A stretch of 64,000 nucleotides of DNA from Eledone cirrhosa (Eukaryota). Shown here in pieces: positions 1 through 12,740 of the stretch. The notes beneath the pieces are model-generated. The model ran no database searches, had not been told where the DNA came from, and saw only the letters and a list, made by a program, of their open reading frames with translations. The position numbers and the translations under genes are program-made. The stretch is taken from assembly GCA_964016885.1 (NCBI GenBank), contig OZ024743.1, forward strand, positions 234,918,001 to 234,982,000, given 5' to 3'. Position 1 is the first letter of the stretch. Every line of letters starts with the position of its first letter.

Positions 1-328
1 AAAAAAATAAAGTATTATATATTTTTTCTATAAATTTCATGTTGGAGATGAAAAGGATCGAGTGAGCAACATAACTCACTACTAGTTCATGAGTTACGAG
101 TTTGAATTTACTAGAAGGATGATGATATGTTTAATTCTATCTGTTTTGATCTATGTAGATGATGGGAATGGATCATGAGGTTGAAAAAGAAAATCACTTT
201 CATATAAAAAAATGCCAGCATAAGCACATCACAAGGCATATTACTCCAACTTAGTTTTCTTAACTCTTCTTGTGACAAGGATTTTATCTCAAAATATTAA
301 GGACCAATTAAAGACATCCATGGTAACA

Positions 329-512
329 GGTGGATTGGCAGTATCGGTAGAGAGTCGGATGTCATGCTTTGACGCATAGAGTTACGGCCCTTTATGATCT
401 GAGTTCAAATACCGCCGAGGTTAACTTTGCCTTTCATTCTTACGGGGTCGATAAAATAAAGTACCAGTAATGGGAAATTGCTGGCCTTGTGCCAAAAGTA
501 GAAACAATTATT
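329..512 (+). mobile_element. tRNA-derived SINE with Meta-domain-like core
   Basis: A/B-box-like head (TGGCAGTATCGG...GAGTTCAAATACC), then GAGGTTAACTTTGCCTTTCAT..GGGGTCGATAAAATAAAGTACCAG. The same family recurs at ~5368, ~7828, ~9770 and ~28143. Confidence 0.75.
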
Positions 513-520
513 TTAATATT

Positions 521-655
521 TAATGAGTTCAAATCTCGCTGAGGTTAACTTTGCTTTTCATCCTTACGGGGTCGATAAAATAAAGCACCATTAATGCACT
601 GGGATAATTGCTGGCCTTGTGCCAAAAGTAGAAACAATTATTTTGATATTTAATG
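521..655 (+). repeat. Tandem partial duplication of the preceding SINE (3' part)
   Basis: GAGTTCAAAT...GAGGTTAACTTTGC...GTGCCAAAAGTAGAAACAATTATTTT is repeated immediately after the first copy. Confidence 0.8.
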
Positions 656-756
656 TTCTATTTGTATTGCTGTAACCCTCTGAAAAAACACTATTTTCTA
701 AACTTCCCACAATGATTCAAGTACCACTCACCTCAACAGAATAAGAATGAGTCAAG

Positions 757-3700
757 TCATCATCATCATCATCATCGTTTAACGTCCATGTTCCACGCTT
801 GCATGGGTTTGGACGGGAGTTTTCCCACTTGAGGCAAGAGTGGTTGTCTTGCTCGCATAGGACTGTCTGGCGGGTTTTCTACAGTTGGATGCCCTTCCTA
901 ACACCAACCACATTTACAGTATGGAGCTGGGAGGTTTTTACCGTGTTGCCTACACGGTCACATTACAGCGTGGACTGTGTGTTTTTTTTGTCGTGACACC
1001 TACACGATCTCATTTGTTTTGGCCTGGATGTTGTGGCACCAACATAACTTTACATTGAAAGGAGCGGTGTGGATGGGGTGGGGGTGGTGGGACGGGGGTG
1101 TATTTTGTTAGAGATGCCTACTGACTGTAGTAGGTTTTACTTTGCACTTAGGTAAGGCGGGTCTTCTCTATTACTGAGAACCGCCAAAGGTCTCGGTCCA
1201 GTGACATTGTCTTGGAGAGGTGTAAGTGTGTGAGGTCGGAATTTATCAGCTCGTCCCAGGTTTTTCTGGGTCTGCCTACTCCGTGGCTACCGTCTATCTT
1301 TATTGCCCTGCACTTTGCTATACAGCTGTCGTCTTTCATGCGCATCACGTGACCATACCAACGTAGCCTTCTCTCGAGTAAACAACATCTGATCCCTCTT
1401 ATTTCTAATTTTTTCCTTAGTTCGTTTATGCTTTGCCGTTCGCGTATATTACTATTACACATCCAGCGGAGCATGCAAGCTTCGTTCCTCTCTAGTCTGC
1501 GTATATCCTATGCACACAATGCCCAGGTCTCACTGCCATGCAACATTGCTGTTCGTATGCAGGCATCATACAACCTGCCTTTCATTTTTAGGGAGAACCC
1601 TTTAGCGGCTAATAGTGGTATAAGCTCTCTGAACTTTTTCCATCCAGTTCTGACTCTAGCTACTGTACTTTCAGAGCACCCTCCCCCACTGCTGATTTTG
1701 TCACCCAGGTAACGGAAGCTGTCCACTATTTCTATAGAACCCTCTGCGCAGTTGAAAGAGCTAGTATTTTGTGGGCACTTGCTGCTACTTATTGCACCAG
1801 AGCACCGGCCACATGTAAAATCTGTGTTCTTAGTTAGCTTACCTGTGATCCCACTACATCTTTTATGCACCCATACTTTGCATTTGGGATATAAAATGGA
1901 GTTTCTACCTACGCCTTTCCTACACACTGAGCATGGCCATTTCCCGGAAGGGACCGGCGCCTTATTTTCTTTCCTACAAACTAGAACTTTAGTCTTAGCC
2001 AGGTTAATTTTAAGGCCTTTTGATTCTAGGCCGTGCTTCCATGTTTGGAATTTCTTCTCTAGCTTGGCCATTGATTCAGCTATAAGCGTTAGGTCATCTG
2101 CATATAGGAGTTGCCATGGGCAGCCGGTCTTGAACTCCCGTTATAGCCTGAAGAGCAATAATAAATAGTAGGGGGCTAAGAACAGAGCCCTGATGGACAC
2201 CAACTTTTACGCTAAACTCTTCACTATATTCGTTGTTAATTCTAACCTTGCTCGCTGTTTCTTTATACATGGCTTATATAGCTCTCACAAGCCATTCGTC
2301 AACACCTATTTTTCTAAGAGCCCACCAGATAATGGAACGGGGGACTCTGTCGAAGGCTTTCTCCAAGTCGACAAAAGCTAAGTATAGGGGTTTACTTTTA
2401 GCTAGGTACTTCTCCTGTAGTTGTCGTACAATGAAAAGAGCGTCTGTGGTACTTTTGCCTGACTCAAACCCGAACTGCATTTCATCTAGATCGATTCTCT
2501 CTCTGATTAGTTGCACTATTACTTTTTCCGTGACCTTCATGACCTGGTCGATTAATTTAATGCCTCTATAGTTACTCCTATCTAGGGCGTCTCCTTTACC
2601 CTTGTAACAGTTAATGATGATGCTGCTACGCCAGTCCTTCGGAACAACCCCATTCTGTATGACTTGGTTTACTATCCGGGTGACCATGGTGTGTCCCACC
2701 GTTCCAGAGGCCTTCAGCATCTCAGCAACTATTTCCGAAGGCCCAGCCGCCTTACCCGTCTTCATATCTTTGATTGCCTTACTTATTATACTACCTTCAA
2801 CTAACACTGCTGGTCCCTCTATTGGATTGATCTGGGGGAGACTATCCTTCTCCCATTTATTCTCCTCATTTAGTAGCCTCTCGTAGTGACACTTCCAAGC
2901 GATCTTATCAGCGTCAGTGATGGCGAGTACGCCATCATTTAGTACACACTTCTCCCCAACAATATCACGGTTTTCCTTGACACATTGCCTAGCAATCCTG
3001 AACACCTCACGTTTTTGGTCCTCGCGTTGTAGAACATGCTTGAACTTTCTTTCCTCTGCTTCCCTTCTTGCGAAGTACACTTGTCTCCTAGCTTCCCTCC
3101 TGGCCACTTGATAGTCTTCTCTACTTCCCCCATCCCGCCATACTTTCCAAGCCTGCTTTTTGGCCTTAATCGACTCCTCCACCTTACTGTTCCACCACCA
3201 TGTTACTCTCCTCCTGCCTATAGGCCTGCTCCGGCCACAGACTTCGTCTGCCGCCATCAGCAGGTTTGCTTTCAGGAATTCCCACTGTCCCTCTATATTG
3301 TCCGACTCTAAATGCTCTTCCTTACTGTTGAAAGCATCAAGTAATATGCTTTGAAATTTATTTCTGGCTGTGGGGTCCTTTAGCTTCCATATTTTTCTCC
3401 TGAGGATAGTCCTCTTCTGCTGTCGAGTACGTCTCGTCCTGACTATGAGGTCGCTAATTATCAGTCTATGTTGGGAGGTGCATTCTTCATGGGGGAGGGA
3501 TTTAGTGTTTACAACAGTCACTCTGTCACGTCTTCTGGTAAGGATATAATCTACCTGGCTGGTATGTTCCCCTGATCTGTTGGTGATCAAGTGATTGTCT
3601 CGTTTTTTGAAGTTAGTGTTACAGATTGTTAGGTTATTTGCGTCACAGAATTCCAGGATTCTGGAGCCTTCCTCATTTCTAGTACCAAACCCATAGCCTC

Positions 3701-4490
3701 CATGGATTTCATCATAGCCGTCACAATGTTGTCCAACGTGACCATTTAGGTCGCCAGCAATAATTATATAGTCACTGTCGGTTATTTGGGAGGTAGTGAG
3801 CATCAGTGTCTCATAGAAAGTGTCTTTTATAGCGCCAGGCAGTCCGGATTGGGGCGCGTACGCAGATATTATCGTCACAGTAGTTCTATTTAGAACAAGT
3901 CTTATTTTAATTATTCTGTCGTTTACTCTATTTACGTCTATTATCTTATCCACCCATTTTTCTGCTAACATGATTCCTACCCCACCCAGCCCATTTTCAT
4001 TTCCCACCCAGAAAAGCTTATAGCATTGTTTTTTACCCACAATGAATCTAGCAGACCCGCCCCTCCACCTGGTCTCTTGGATGCAGCAGACATCAACCTC
4101 CTTACGTTCAAGCATTTCTACAACCTCGTTTGAGCGGCCTTTTAAGGTCCCTACATTCATGGTACCAACTCTGAAGTTTTGGATTGCGTTTGGTGGGTGG
4201 GGTGCAGGGAGGGGTGAGGTTGATGGGGTTATGTTGGCCATCCGCGGCCGCAACAAAGAGGGTGGGGCTTTGCCCTTTCGTCCGGCAGCATGAGGTGAAT
4301 TTGCCGTTATCTTTTGCATTGTCTTCGGGTGTCCAGATTCTTCTGACTCTCCAGAAATTACCTAGTTCATCCATCATATCGAAAAAGCAACCAGAAGTGC
4401 TAGCATAGGTCGTTTACTTGTGATTGGTCCAAATAATAAGGTGGAGAGTGGGGGCGGGTGGGAGGGGTATGGGGTAGTTTGCGAGGAGCA
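757..4490 (-). mobile_element. RTE-clade non-LTR retrotransposon, near full length (family A, copy 1)
   Basis: (CAT)n at 757-777 is the (ATG)n tail; 3' UTR 778-1147; single APE+RT ORF; 5' UTR homologous to 52388-52565. The 5' boundary is approximate. Confidence 0.93.
1148..4319 (-). pseudogene. Disabled RTE ORF: APE endonuclease, RT with internal PHD-like finger, RTE C-terminus
   Basis: APE motifs (GTMNVG, CIQETRW, SAYAPQ, GDLNGH, DYIL, SQHRL). RT motifs (NYRGIKL, QFGF, FVDLEKAFDRV, GVHQGSVLSPLLF, YADD, FRYLG). C-terminal RLRWYGHV/GRPRKTW. Lesions: TAA at 2274-2276, frameshift at ~2140, TAG at 1508-1510. Confidence 0.93.
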
Positions 4491-4496
4491 GAATTA

Positions 4497-4558
4497 TTTT
4501 TAGAACAACGGTGAGACATTTTTAGAACAACGGTGAGACATTTTTAGAACAACGGTGA
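4497..4558. repeat. 22-bp tandem repeat, ~3 copies
   Basis: TTTTTAGAACAACGGTGAGACA occurs ~3 times next to the LINE 5' end. Confidence 0.9.
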
Positions 4559-5367
4559 AACAGAACAGAATTATAGAAAGCCAATTTTGAATACAATTTT
4601 TTGATTCTGGAGGATTGTAAGATATATAGATGAATGAACCGAATGTGGAGAGTTGAGAAGAAATGAATATGTATGTTACATTTCGTAGAAGAAAACTGAA
4701 CAAGCGACCATCAATAATAGGAGACAAATTCTGGGTTTAGTCCCCTGTAGCAAGACTTATTTATATTCGGTTGGCAAGGAGTGAGGGGGAGTGTGAGAGC
4801 AGCGTATATGATAGTGAGAGTGAGGGGGTGAGAGGCGATTTCAGCAGGCCGAGAGAGAGAGAGAGAGAGGGCAATCCCTAATTTAACCTGGCATAATTTT
4901 TTTTTCGGTCAAAATGGTTGCGGGAATATTATTTAGAATTGTAGAAAGACAAACAATTATGAACATGATTTTTTGATTCTGGGTCAAGTATTAGATTAAA
5001 AAGTTTAACAAATCACATATATGTATCTATTTGTTTATTTGGTTTCCATATAACATCATCATCATCGTTTTAACATTTGCTGTCCTTGCTACCAAGGGTT
5101 GGACAGGTCTACATAGACCAAGTCAGTATCGAAACAGAGCCACTGATCTCCCAGACAGGCCAGGGATTTTAGTCTTGCTTCTCAATGTAAAACTCACTTT
5201 TGTAATTCATTCTTATAATGTCCTGACTATTTGTTATCCTAATTGTAATTAAATAAACCGTTATTATTGTAAACAACTGGTTGATTTAAGAAGCATTAGA
5301 GAAATTTAAAATGAAGTTGTCCCAATACTATAATAATAGTTTAGAAAATTGGATAAAGTATTCCTAG

Positions 5368-5570
5368 AGGTGGATTGGTGGAGCATTGGGCAAAATGCTT
5401 TGCCTTCAATTTCGACTATGTTCCGAGTTCAAATCTCGCTGCGGTCAATTTTGTCTTCCACCTTCTAGGGTCGATAAAATAAAGTTTCAGTAAAATACTG
5501 CAGTCGATATAATCGACTTTCCCTTTCCTTCAAAATGTTAGCCTTTTGTTTAAAGTAGAAACATTATTAT
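5368..5570 (+). mobile_element. Diverged Meta-like SINE copy
   Basis: GGTGGATTGG...GAGTTCAAATCTCGC...GGGTCGATAAAATAAAG...GTAGAAACATTATT. Confidence 0.65.
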
Positions 5571-6401
5571 TAACAGGAGAGAGGGGTTAATAAAATAAGT
5601 ACCAGTAAAGTACTAGGGTTGATATAAGTGACTTTCCCCTTCCCTCAAATTGCTAGTTTTGTGCCAATGCTAGAAATAATTATTAATTTTCTTCTAATTA
5701 AGATACTTGAAATTATAAAAAAGAAACTAAACATCTTTGTGTGTGGTTAGTTGTATAAAATAACTTGTAATTGTAGAAGAAAAAAAGCAATGAATGTTTG
5801 CAATATAATTTAAAAACGATGATAATATAACAATGTAAAAATAACAGCAAATGGCTAACAAACAGAATATCTATTATTCCCAACAATAACTTTTGAGCTT
5901 TCTAATCAGAAAGATTAATTTCATCTAATCTAATTAATTCTATTGATTGCTTTTCCTGCACGAGGGAAGGCATCTGTTTGGCTTTACAAGCATCACTGAC
6001 ATTCTACTTTAACTTGCCTGAAGATGTTGAAGCAGTAAATTAAAGATGGAGGCCAAATGTAAAGGGATGGGTGGGTGAAGAAGTAGAGAAGGAAATAAAT
6101 AAATGATTCTTTGTAGAGATTAATTTGATAATAAGCATGATATATATATTTTATCAGAGTAAAACTTTACAACCAAGTCCTTAATTACTCCTATTTGTGT
6201 TGGTGTTCATCTGAGATGGGTTAAACCAGCTACAACCAGTGAATCAACAACATCCTGAACAGAAGTCAATTATGCTCGGTGATTACAGATGTCCATTTTC
6301 AATCAGTTGCAATTTCAATGGTGTGAGAACTAGATAACAATTCAAGATCCAACTTGATCATACTAATTCACATTTTCAGCTGTCTGCTGATTACTACCAA
6401 G

Positions 6402-7630
6402 TCCATAGTATAGCAAATATACATCTGTCCATAGTATATCAAATATACTTCTGTCCATAGTATATCAAATATACTTCTGTCCATAGTATAGCAAATATAC
6501 TTCTGTCCATAGTATAGCAAATATACTTCTGTCCATAGTATAGCAAATATACTTCTGTCCATAGTATAGCAAATATACTTCTGTCCATAGTATAGCAAAT
6601 ATACTTCTGTCCATAGTATAGCAAATATACTTCTGTCCATAGTATAGCAAATATACTTCTGTCCATAGTATAGCAAATATACTTCTGTCCATAGTATAGC
6701 AAATATACTTCTGTCCATAGTATAGCAAATATACTACTGTCCATAGTATAGCAAATATACTACTGTCCATAGTATAGCAAATATACTTCTGTCCATAGTA
6801 TAGCAAATATACTTCTGTCCATAGTATAGCAAATATACTTCTGTCCATAGTATAGCAAATGTATATCTATGGTAGAGCAAATATACATGTCCATAGTATA
6901 GTAAATGTACATCTATGGTATATCAAATATGCATCTGTCCATAGTTTAGCAAATATACATCTGTCCATAGTTTAGCAAATATACATCTGTCCATAGTTTA
7001 GCAAATATACATCTGTCCATAGTATAGAAAATATACTTCTGTCCATAGTATAGAAAATATACTTCTGTCCATAGTATAGCAAATATACTTCTGTCCATAG
7101 TATAGCAAATGTACATCTATGGTATAGCAAATATACATCTGTCCATCATCATCATCATCATTTCATTTTACGTCCGCTTTTTCCCTGCTTGCAAGGGTGG
7201 GACGGGAACTGATTTTGGCTTGATTTCTACAGCTGGATGCCCTTCCTAACACCAACCTCATTTACAGTGAGTGCTGGGTGCTTTTTTACCGTGGCACCTC
7301 CACGACCACTTTAGAGTGGAATGATATGGAGCCCAGTCCCTATCATCTCATTTCTACAGCTGAGTAAACTGGAGCAATGTGAAATAAAGTGTCTTGCTCA
7401 AGGAAACAACACAAGTGTCTTGCTCAAGGAAACAACACACGTCCATAGTATAGCAAATGTACATCTATGGTATAGCAAATGTACATTTATGGTATAGCAA
7501 ATGTACATCTGTCCATAGTATAGCAAATGTACATCTATGGTATAGCAAATGTACATTTATGGTATAGCAAATGTACATCTGTCCATAGTCAATATACATC
7601 TATAGTATAGCAAATGTACATCTGTCAATA
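6402..7630. repeat. 26-bp minisatellite (GTCCATAGTATAGCAAATATACTTCT)n with shorter degenerate variants, interrupted by a SINE
   Basis: Homogeneous copies at ~6425-6860 and degenerate flanks; explains the periodic ORFs at 6368-6848. Confidence 0.95.
7144..7440 (-). mobile_element. 5'-truncated SINE with RTE-derived 3' tail inserted in the minisatellite
   Basis: (CAT)n tail; matches the reverse complement of 22740-23001; GTCCAT on both sides (7141-7146, 7441-7446); ~28-bp duplication at the truncation point. Confidence 0.85.
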
Positions 7631-7827
7631 AATGTCAGGTATAAACAAGAAAAAAAAAATTGTTTCAATGTTTGTTTTAGAATATGACCCCTAAAGTCAC
7701 CAGCAATGCAGAATTCAACATAAAAGGGGGATTCAAAATAAATGCAGTTTCCTATTTTTCAGTCAAGTGGTCATCATTAGAAAGGATATATAGTCATAAG
7801 GTATAAGCTTAAACCATTCCAATAAAA

Positions 7828-8019
7828 ATAATTGTTTCTACTTTAGGCACAAGGCCAGCAATTACCCAGTGCATTACTGGTACTTTATTTTATCGACCCC
7901 GTAAGGATGAAAGGCAAAGTCAACCTCGGCGGGATTTGAACTCAGATCGTAAAGGGACGTAACTATGCTGGAAAGCATGGCGTCCGACCCTCTACCGATA
8001 CTGCCAATCCACCACCCTC
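7828..8019 (-). mobile_element. Meta-like SINE, full length, with TSD
   Basis: Reverse complement of the 329-512 family; CCAATAAAAATAAT at 7819-7832 and 8020-8033. Confidence 0.85.
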
Positions 8020-8264
8020 CCAATAAAAATAATGAATATTAAACAGATATTCATTTTTATTCCAATAAAAATAATTGTTTCTATAAAAATAATGAATATG
8101 AAACAGATGAGAGTAAGTGCGTTATGAAAGGAAAGTGCACAGAAAAACATTCTATAGACAGTACAGAAGGTTTATCATATATAGTGTGATCTTCATTTTA
8201 TAATCAAAATTTAAAGATGTAATCAGAATTCATTGGAAGTGTATTGAGCTGTTTTGAAAGATAG

Positions 8265-8548
8265 AGTTGGTTATGAGAGATGGACATTGATGGTTTTCTA
8301 CAAAGGGCATCATTTCAAGTGTTGGTTATATGAGAGGGAGGGAAATTGAGGATTTTATACAAGTCATCATTTCAAGTGTTGGTTATATGAGAGGGAGGGA
8401 AATTGAGGATTTTATACAAGTTATCATTTCAAGTGTTGGTTATGAGAGAGGAAGGGAAATTTGGGGTTTTATACAAGGGTCATCATTTCAAGTGTTGGTT
8501 ATGAGAGAGGGAGGGAAATTGGGGGTTTTATACAAGGATTATCATTTC
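8265..8548. repeat. ~57-bp minisatellite, ~5 copies
   Basis: TCATTTCAAGTGTTGGTTATGAGAGAGGGAGGGAAATTG..TTTTATACAAG is repeated. Confidence 0.9.
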
Positions 8549-9099
8549 CAATATTTCAAATCAAGATGAGGCAATAAGTTGACAAATAGTAGGTAGAGAT
8601 TTGCCTGTTTTACTATATCAGGAGAGTTACATTTATTATTTAATTTTGTCAACAAAGCATTGTCAAATTTGCTTGCTTAGTCAGCAAAGGGTTTTTTTAT
8701 ATGTAGAAGAATAAGAGTAGTAAATTTGCATAATTAGGAAATAAAATGAACAGATGCATGGACAGAGAGAGAGATGGACAGAGTATAAAAAACAGAAGTA
8801 CTCCGTAGTTGTGGTTGTAGCTTGTGGTGAGTGGAGGCTGTAGTAGAAGTATAAATGACAGAGGGAGGATGGGGTAATAGTTGTAGTGTGTTAGTGAGTC
8901 AAAGCTATAGCAGCAATTGTTGCTAAATCCAAGTCAACTCGCATTCAGCAAATTTTTGATCAAATGCACTCTGAGCCAAGACCATACTGTCTTTTTATAT
9001 ATTCAGAACAGCATTGTCCAATATAAGTCTGTTTCAAGCCCACAGGCTCATCAAGCTGGTGTGTAACCCTGATTTCCATGATGTGAAGTGACAGAGTAT

Positions 9100-9232
9100 A
9101 TTTCAGCTGAGTATACTGGAGCAACATGAAAAGAAGTGTTTTGCTCAAGAACACAACACACAACCCAGCCCAGGAATTGAATCGTAGACATTGTGATCCT
9201 CACCCTTACCATTAGGCCATCCGCCACCACAT
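9100..9232 (-). mobile_element. Diverged tRNA-SINE 5' half (family of 22668-23001)
   Basis: CAGCTGAGTATACTGGAGCAA...TTGCTCAAGAACACAAC...ACCATTAGGCCA. Confidence 0.6.
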
Positions 9233-9591
9233 TGTCCAATATGACAATTTTTTTTTATTAAGATGGTAACTACATTTGAACTTATCTGTCTCATCATTAT
9301 CACTATTGTTTGACTGCAGTAGCAAATGGTAACAATGCTCTTTCGCTCATTGCAGCTTTCACAATCAGTTGAGGTCTTGTGGTTGGGTGATTACCCCAGA
9401 CCATTGCTAGTAACCGAAAATGGAGAAAACAAGAACAACAGGTAGAGACTGTCAAAAAAAGGGTAAATGCAATATTTATAGTCCAGCTTCACATTGACCA
9501 GAAGATGAATAGGAATTAAAACAATGGGTGATTAATAAGAGAAATACATGGAAATGTGTTTCCATTAAAACAATAGAAAAACGTGGAATGG

Positions 9592-9900
9592 TATGGTCCC
9601 ATAACTCCTGATAGAGCCGTAGGGGTGCTGTATTGATATATAGCATTTCTTGGCTGGTTTTATGACTGACAGAGTCCATCTCCTCTCCTGGCCTGAGTAC
9701 AGCAGATTTCTTCCAGAGAAGGATAGAGATTGAGAGAGAGGAAGCGAGAAAGAGATATAGAAGAAGAATCGACCCCAGTACTAAACTGGTACTTTTTTAT
9801 CAACCCTGAAAGGACGAAAGGCAAAGTTGACCTCGGCAGGATTTGAACTGAGAGAGCCAGAAAGAATATCTGACATTTTAACAACTCTGCCAATTTGCTG
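9592..9900 (-). mobile_element. Meta-like SINE variant with longer 3' region; related segments at ~16513-16713 and (reverse) ~18390-18550
   Basis: GAAAGGCAAAGTTGACCTCGGCAGGATTTGAACT core plus a ~200-bp segment shared with 16513-16713. Confidence 0.55.
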
Positions 9901-10475
9901 CCTGAAAAACATGAAGGCAGGGTTTATGAACACATACAAAAACATCCATTGTACAGAAAATGCCAATGTTTTATGAAGACAAAATACTTTCTGCTATTTC
10001 TAAACTGATTTTGTTTTATGTATCTATTTGTATGAGTGTGTAAAACATACAAGATTAAAATATTGGGAGATTATTATATTAACAATTGCAGACTAAACCT
10101 AAAGAGGAATATATAAAAAAACAAAACAAAAAGCACAAAGTGTTATAGAATTCATTGATAATAAAGTTGCAGGTATCATATAAATGTCATATTTATGAAA
10201 GTAAACAATGGAAAATTTTAGCCGAATAGTGATGATTCATACTTTCTAAAATTAAGGGGACAATAAGGTTCATTGTAACTCCAGTCACATGAAAACATTT
10301 TATTTCATTATATAAAAAAAATATTTCAACTATTCAATAATTATATTTCAATATTCAATAAATATAATATATGCTTTTTTAACTATTCAATAATTATAGT
10401 CCCTTTTTCAAAGTTGGTCATCTGAAAGCTGGCTTTTTATTTCATGATCCATCAATAGAAAGTTGCAAATTTGGA

Positions 10476-10671
10476 TGAGGATGGGCTGAAAAGTTCATAG
10501 GCTGACTATGAAGGAGATCTTGCAGACATTAATTTCAATCCTTCTTATTCATAACTGCATTGCTACTTTCTTGGGATTATGCTGAAAAATAAAACTCATT
10601 TGGTCATTCCATGAGAGTATCTTGGTCAGCCTATGTACTTTTCACCCTATGAACTTTTCAACCGACTCTCG
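10476..10671. mobile_element. Mariner-type MITE
   Basis: Imperfect TIRs TGAGGATGGGCTGAAAAGTTCATAGGCTGAC / GTCAGCCTATG..ACTTTTCAACCGACTCTCG, followed by TA. Confidence 0.7.
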
Positions 10672-11323
10672 TATTTTGAAAGTCCGTCTTAAGCCATTTA
10701 AGGCTCATTAGGCCAGTGCTTAACCCGGTTTAATGGAGTGAAGCAACAGAGTACAAGACTCCCCTTTGGATAGGATGCTAGTCTATCGCAGGGTTAAAAC
10801 CTCAGCTATTGCTGGTACTCATTTTCAGCTGAGTATACTGGAGCAACATGAAGTGTTTTGCTCAAGAACACAAGTAACCCAGCCCAAGAATCAAACCCTT
10901 GACATTATGTCTAATATGTATATATTTTGTGGTTTTCATAATGTAAAAATATTACTATTACATTAGTAATAGTAGTATTGTGACTAATATTCTGGATTAC
11001 TGATTGAATTAGTATAGGTTTCCCCTCTATCACTGGGTGGTTAAGAAAAACACTAATTCCACCCATTCAAATGCGCCCACTTCTTAAAACCAAACATTTG
11101 TTGTAGTATTTGTAATCCTTGATGCACAATGTCTAAAAACGAGAAAAAGGGTGAGATGGTCATAGCTGAAACACATGACTGTTCAAACTTGGAGGAGGGT
11201 GTGGGGTGAATAACAAAAGACACTAAGTTTCTGGAACATGCTCAGTGAAAAACAAATTGTTTCAGCAATAAAATTAATTCAGCTATAATAAAATAGCAGA
11301 GAAATGGACAGATGATAATGATA

Positions 11324-12462
11324 CATCATCATCATCATCATTACCGGTTTACGTCCGTTCTTCCACGCTAGCATGGGTTAGACTGGTTGTCCTGTTGTGG
11401 GCAGTGTCCGGTCGGCTGACCATGGCTTGCTCATAAGGGAACTGATTCTGGTTGATTTCTACAGCTGGATGCCCTTCCTAACACCAACTTCATTTACAGA
11501 GAGCGCTAGGTGCTTTTTTCCGTGGCGCCTACACGTCCACTTTACAGTGTGGGCTGGGTGCTTTTTTGCTGTGGCACCTCCACGACCACTTTGCAGTGGG
11601 AGGGTGTGGGGGCATATTGTCTATATGCTTCAGCTTCGGCTTGTACCCGAGGGGGGGGGGGGTGTTCTGGTCTTCTATATTACTGCGTGACGCCAGAGGT
11701 CACGGTCGTGTCATCGCCTTTGAGAGGTGTAATTGGGTAAGGTCGGCTTTTATCACCTCATCCCAGGTCTTCTTGGGTTTCCCCACTCCACGGTTTCCAT
11801 TGACTTCTAGTGCTCTGCACCTTTTTATGTTGCTGTCATCCTTCATACACATCACATGTCCATACCAACGCAATCGCCTCTCCTGCACACAGCATTTGAT
11901 TCCTCTTATGCTCAGTCTCTCTCTCAATTCGTTTATACTTTGCCGTTTGTGTATACTATTACACATCAATCGGAGCATGCAGGCTTCGTTTCATTCTAAT
12001 CTACGCAAGTCTTTCACTGACAGCACCCAGGTCTCACTACCATGTAACATTGCTGTTCGTATACACGCATCATACAGTCTGCCTTTCATCTTGAGGGGAA
12101 AAGCCTTTTGCAGCTAGCAGTGGCTCCCTGAACTTCTTCCATCCCGTTCTTACCCTAGTTATTGTACTTTCCGAACACCCACCTCTGTTGCTAATTCGGT
12201 CACCTAGGTAGCAGAAGCTGTCTACTGTTTCTACAGAGCCCTCTCAGAGTTTGGTGGTACTTGTTTCCTGTGGCTGTTTGCTGTCTCAACACAGCTGCTA
12301 CATGTGAAGCCTACATTCCTAGTTAAGCTTCCTGAGATCCCACTACATCTCTTGTGTACCCATTGTTTGCATTTGGGGCAGAGAATGGAGTTCCTACCTA
12401 CATCTTTCCTACATACTGAGCAAGGCCATTTCCCTGAGGGGATCTGGGTTCTGTTTTCTCGA
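11324..12462 (-). mobile_element. 5'-truncated RTE LINE (family B)
   Basis: (CAT)n tail, 3' UTR, C-terminal RLRWYGHV and PHD-like CSVC..CPKC..HKRC..CSSC; near-identical to 24036-25165. Confidence 0.9.
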
Positions 12463-12692
12463 GAAGCCACGCAAAAAAAAAAAAAAAAAAAAAACTTGTA
12501 TAGATTTGCTTTGTTGTGATGTTCATGTATTTTACAGACAATTGATACAAATACGAAAGAATAAGTGTAAAATCTTCAATGGGAAATGGCATTCTTAACA
12601 GTTCAATCCATATTTTTCTTTGGCTATTTCAACTTTTGATGTGTAACTCCACCAGCCACTCTATTTTTTTTTTGCATGGCTTTTCAAATCGA

Positions 12693-12740
<48 letters not shown>

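Noticed and set aside
1428-4408. Plus-strand ORFs overlapping the LINE (and equivalents in other copies)
   Set aside because: Antisense shadows of the RTE coding sequence.
757-4560. Target-site duplication for LINE copy 1
   Set aside because: No convincing direct repeat found at the two ends; the 5' boundary remains approximate.
5930-6390. Possible minus-strand coding exons
   Set aside because: Splice-like signals are present, but the frames hit stops quickly and there is no recognisable homology.
6402-7630. CRISPR-like periodicity
   Set aside because: Head-to-tail 26-bp units with no unique spacers; eukaryotic context; no cas genes.
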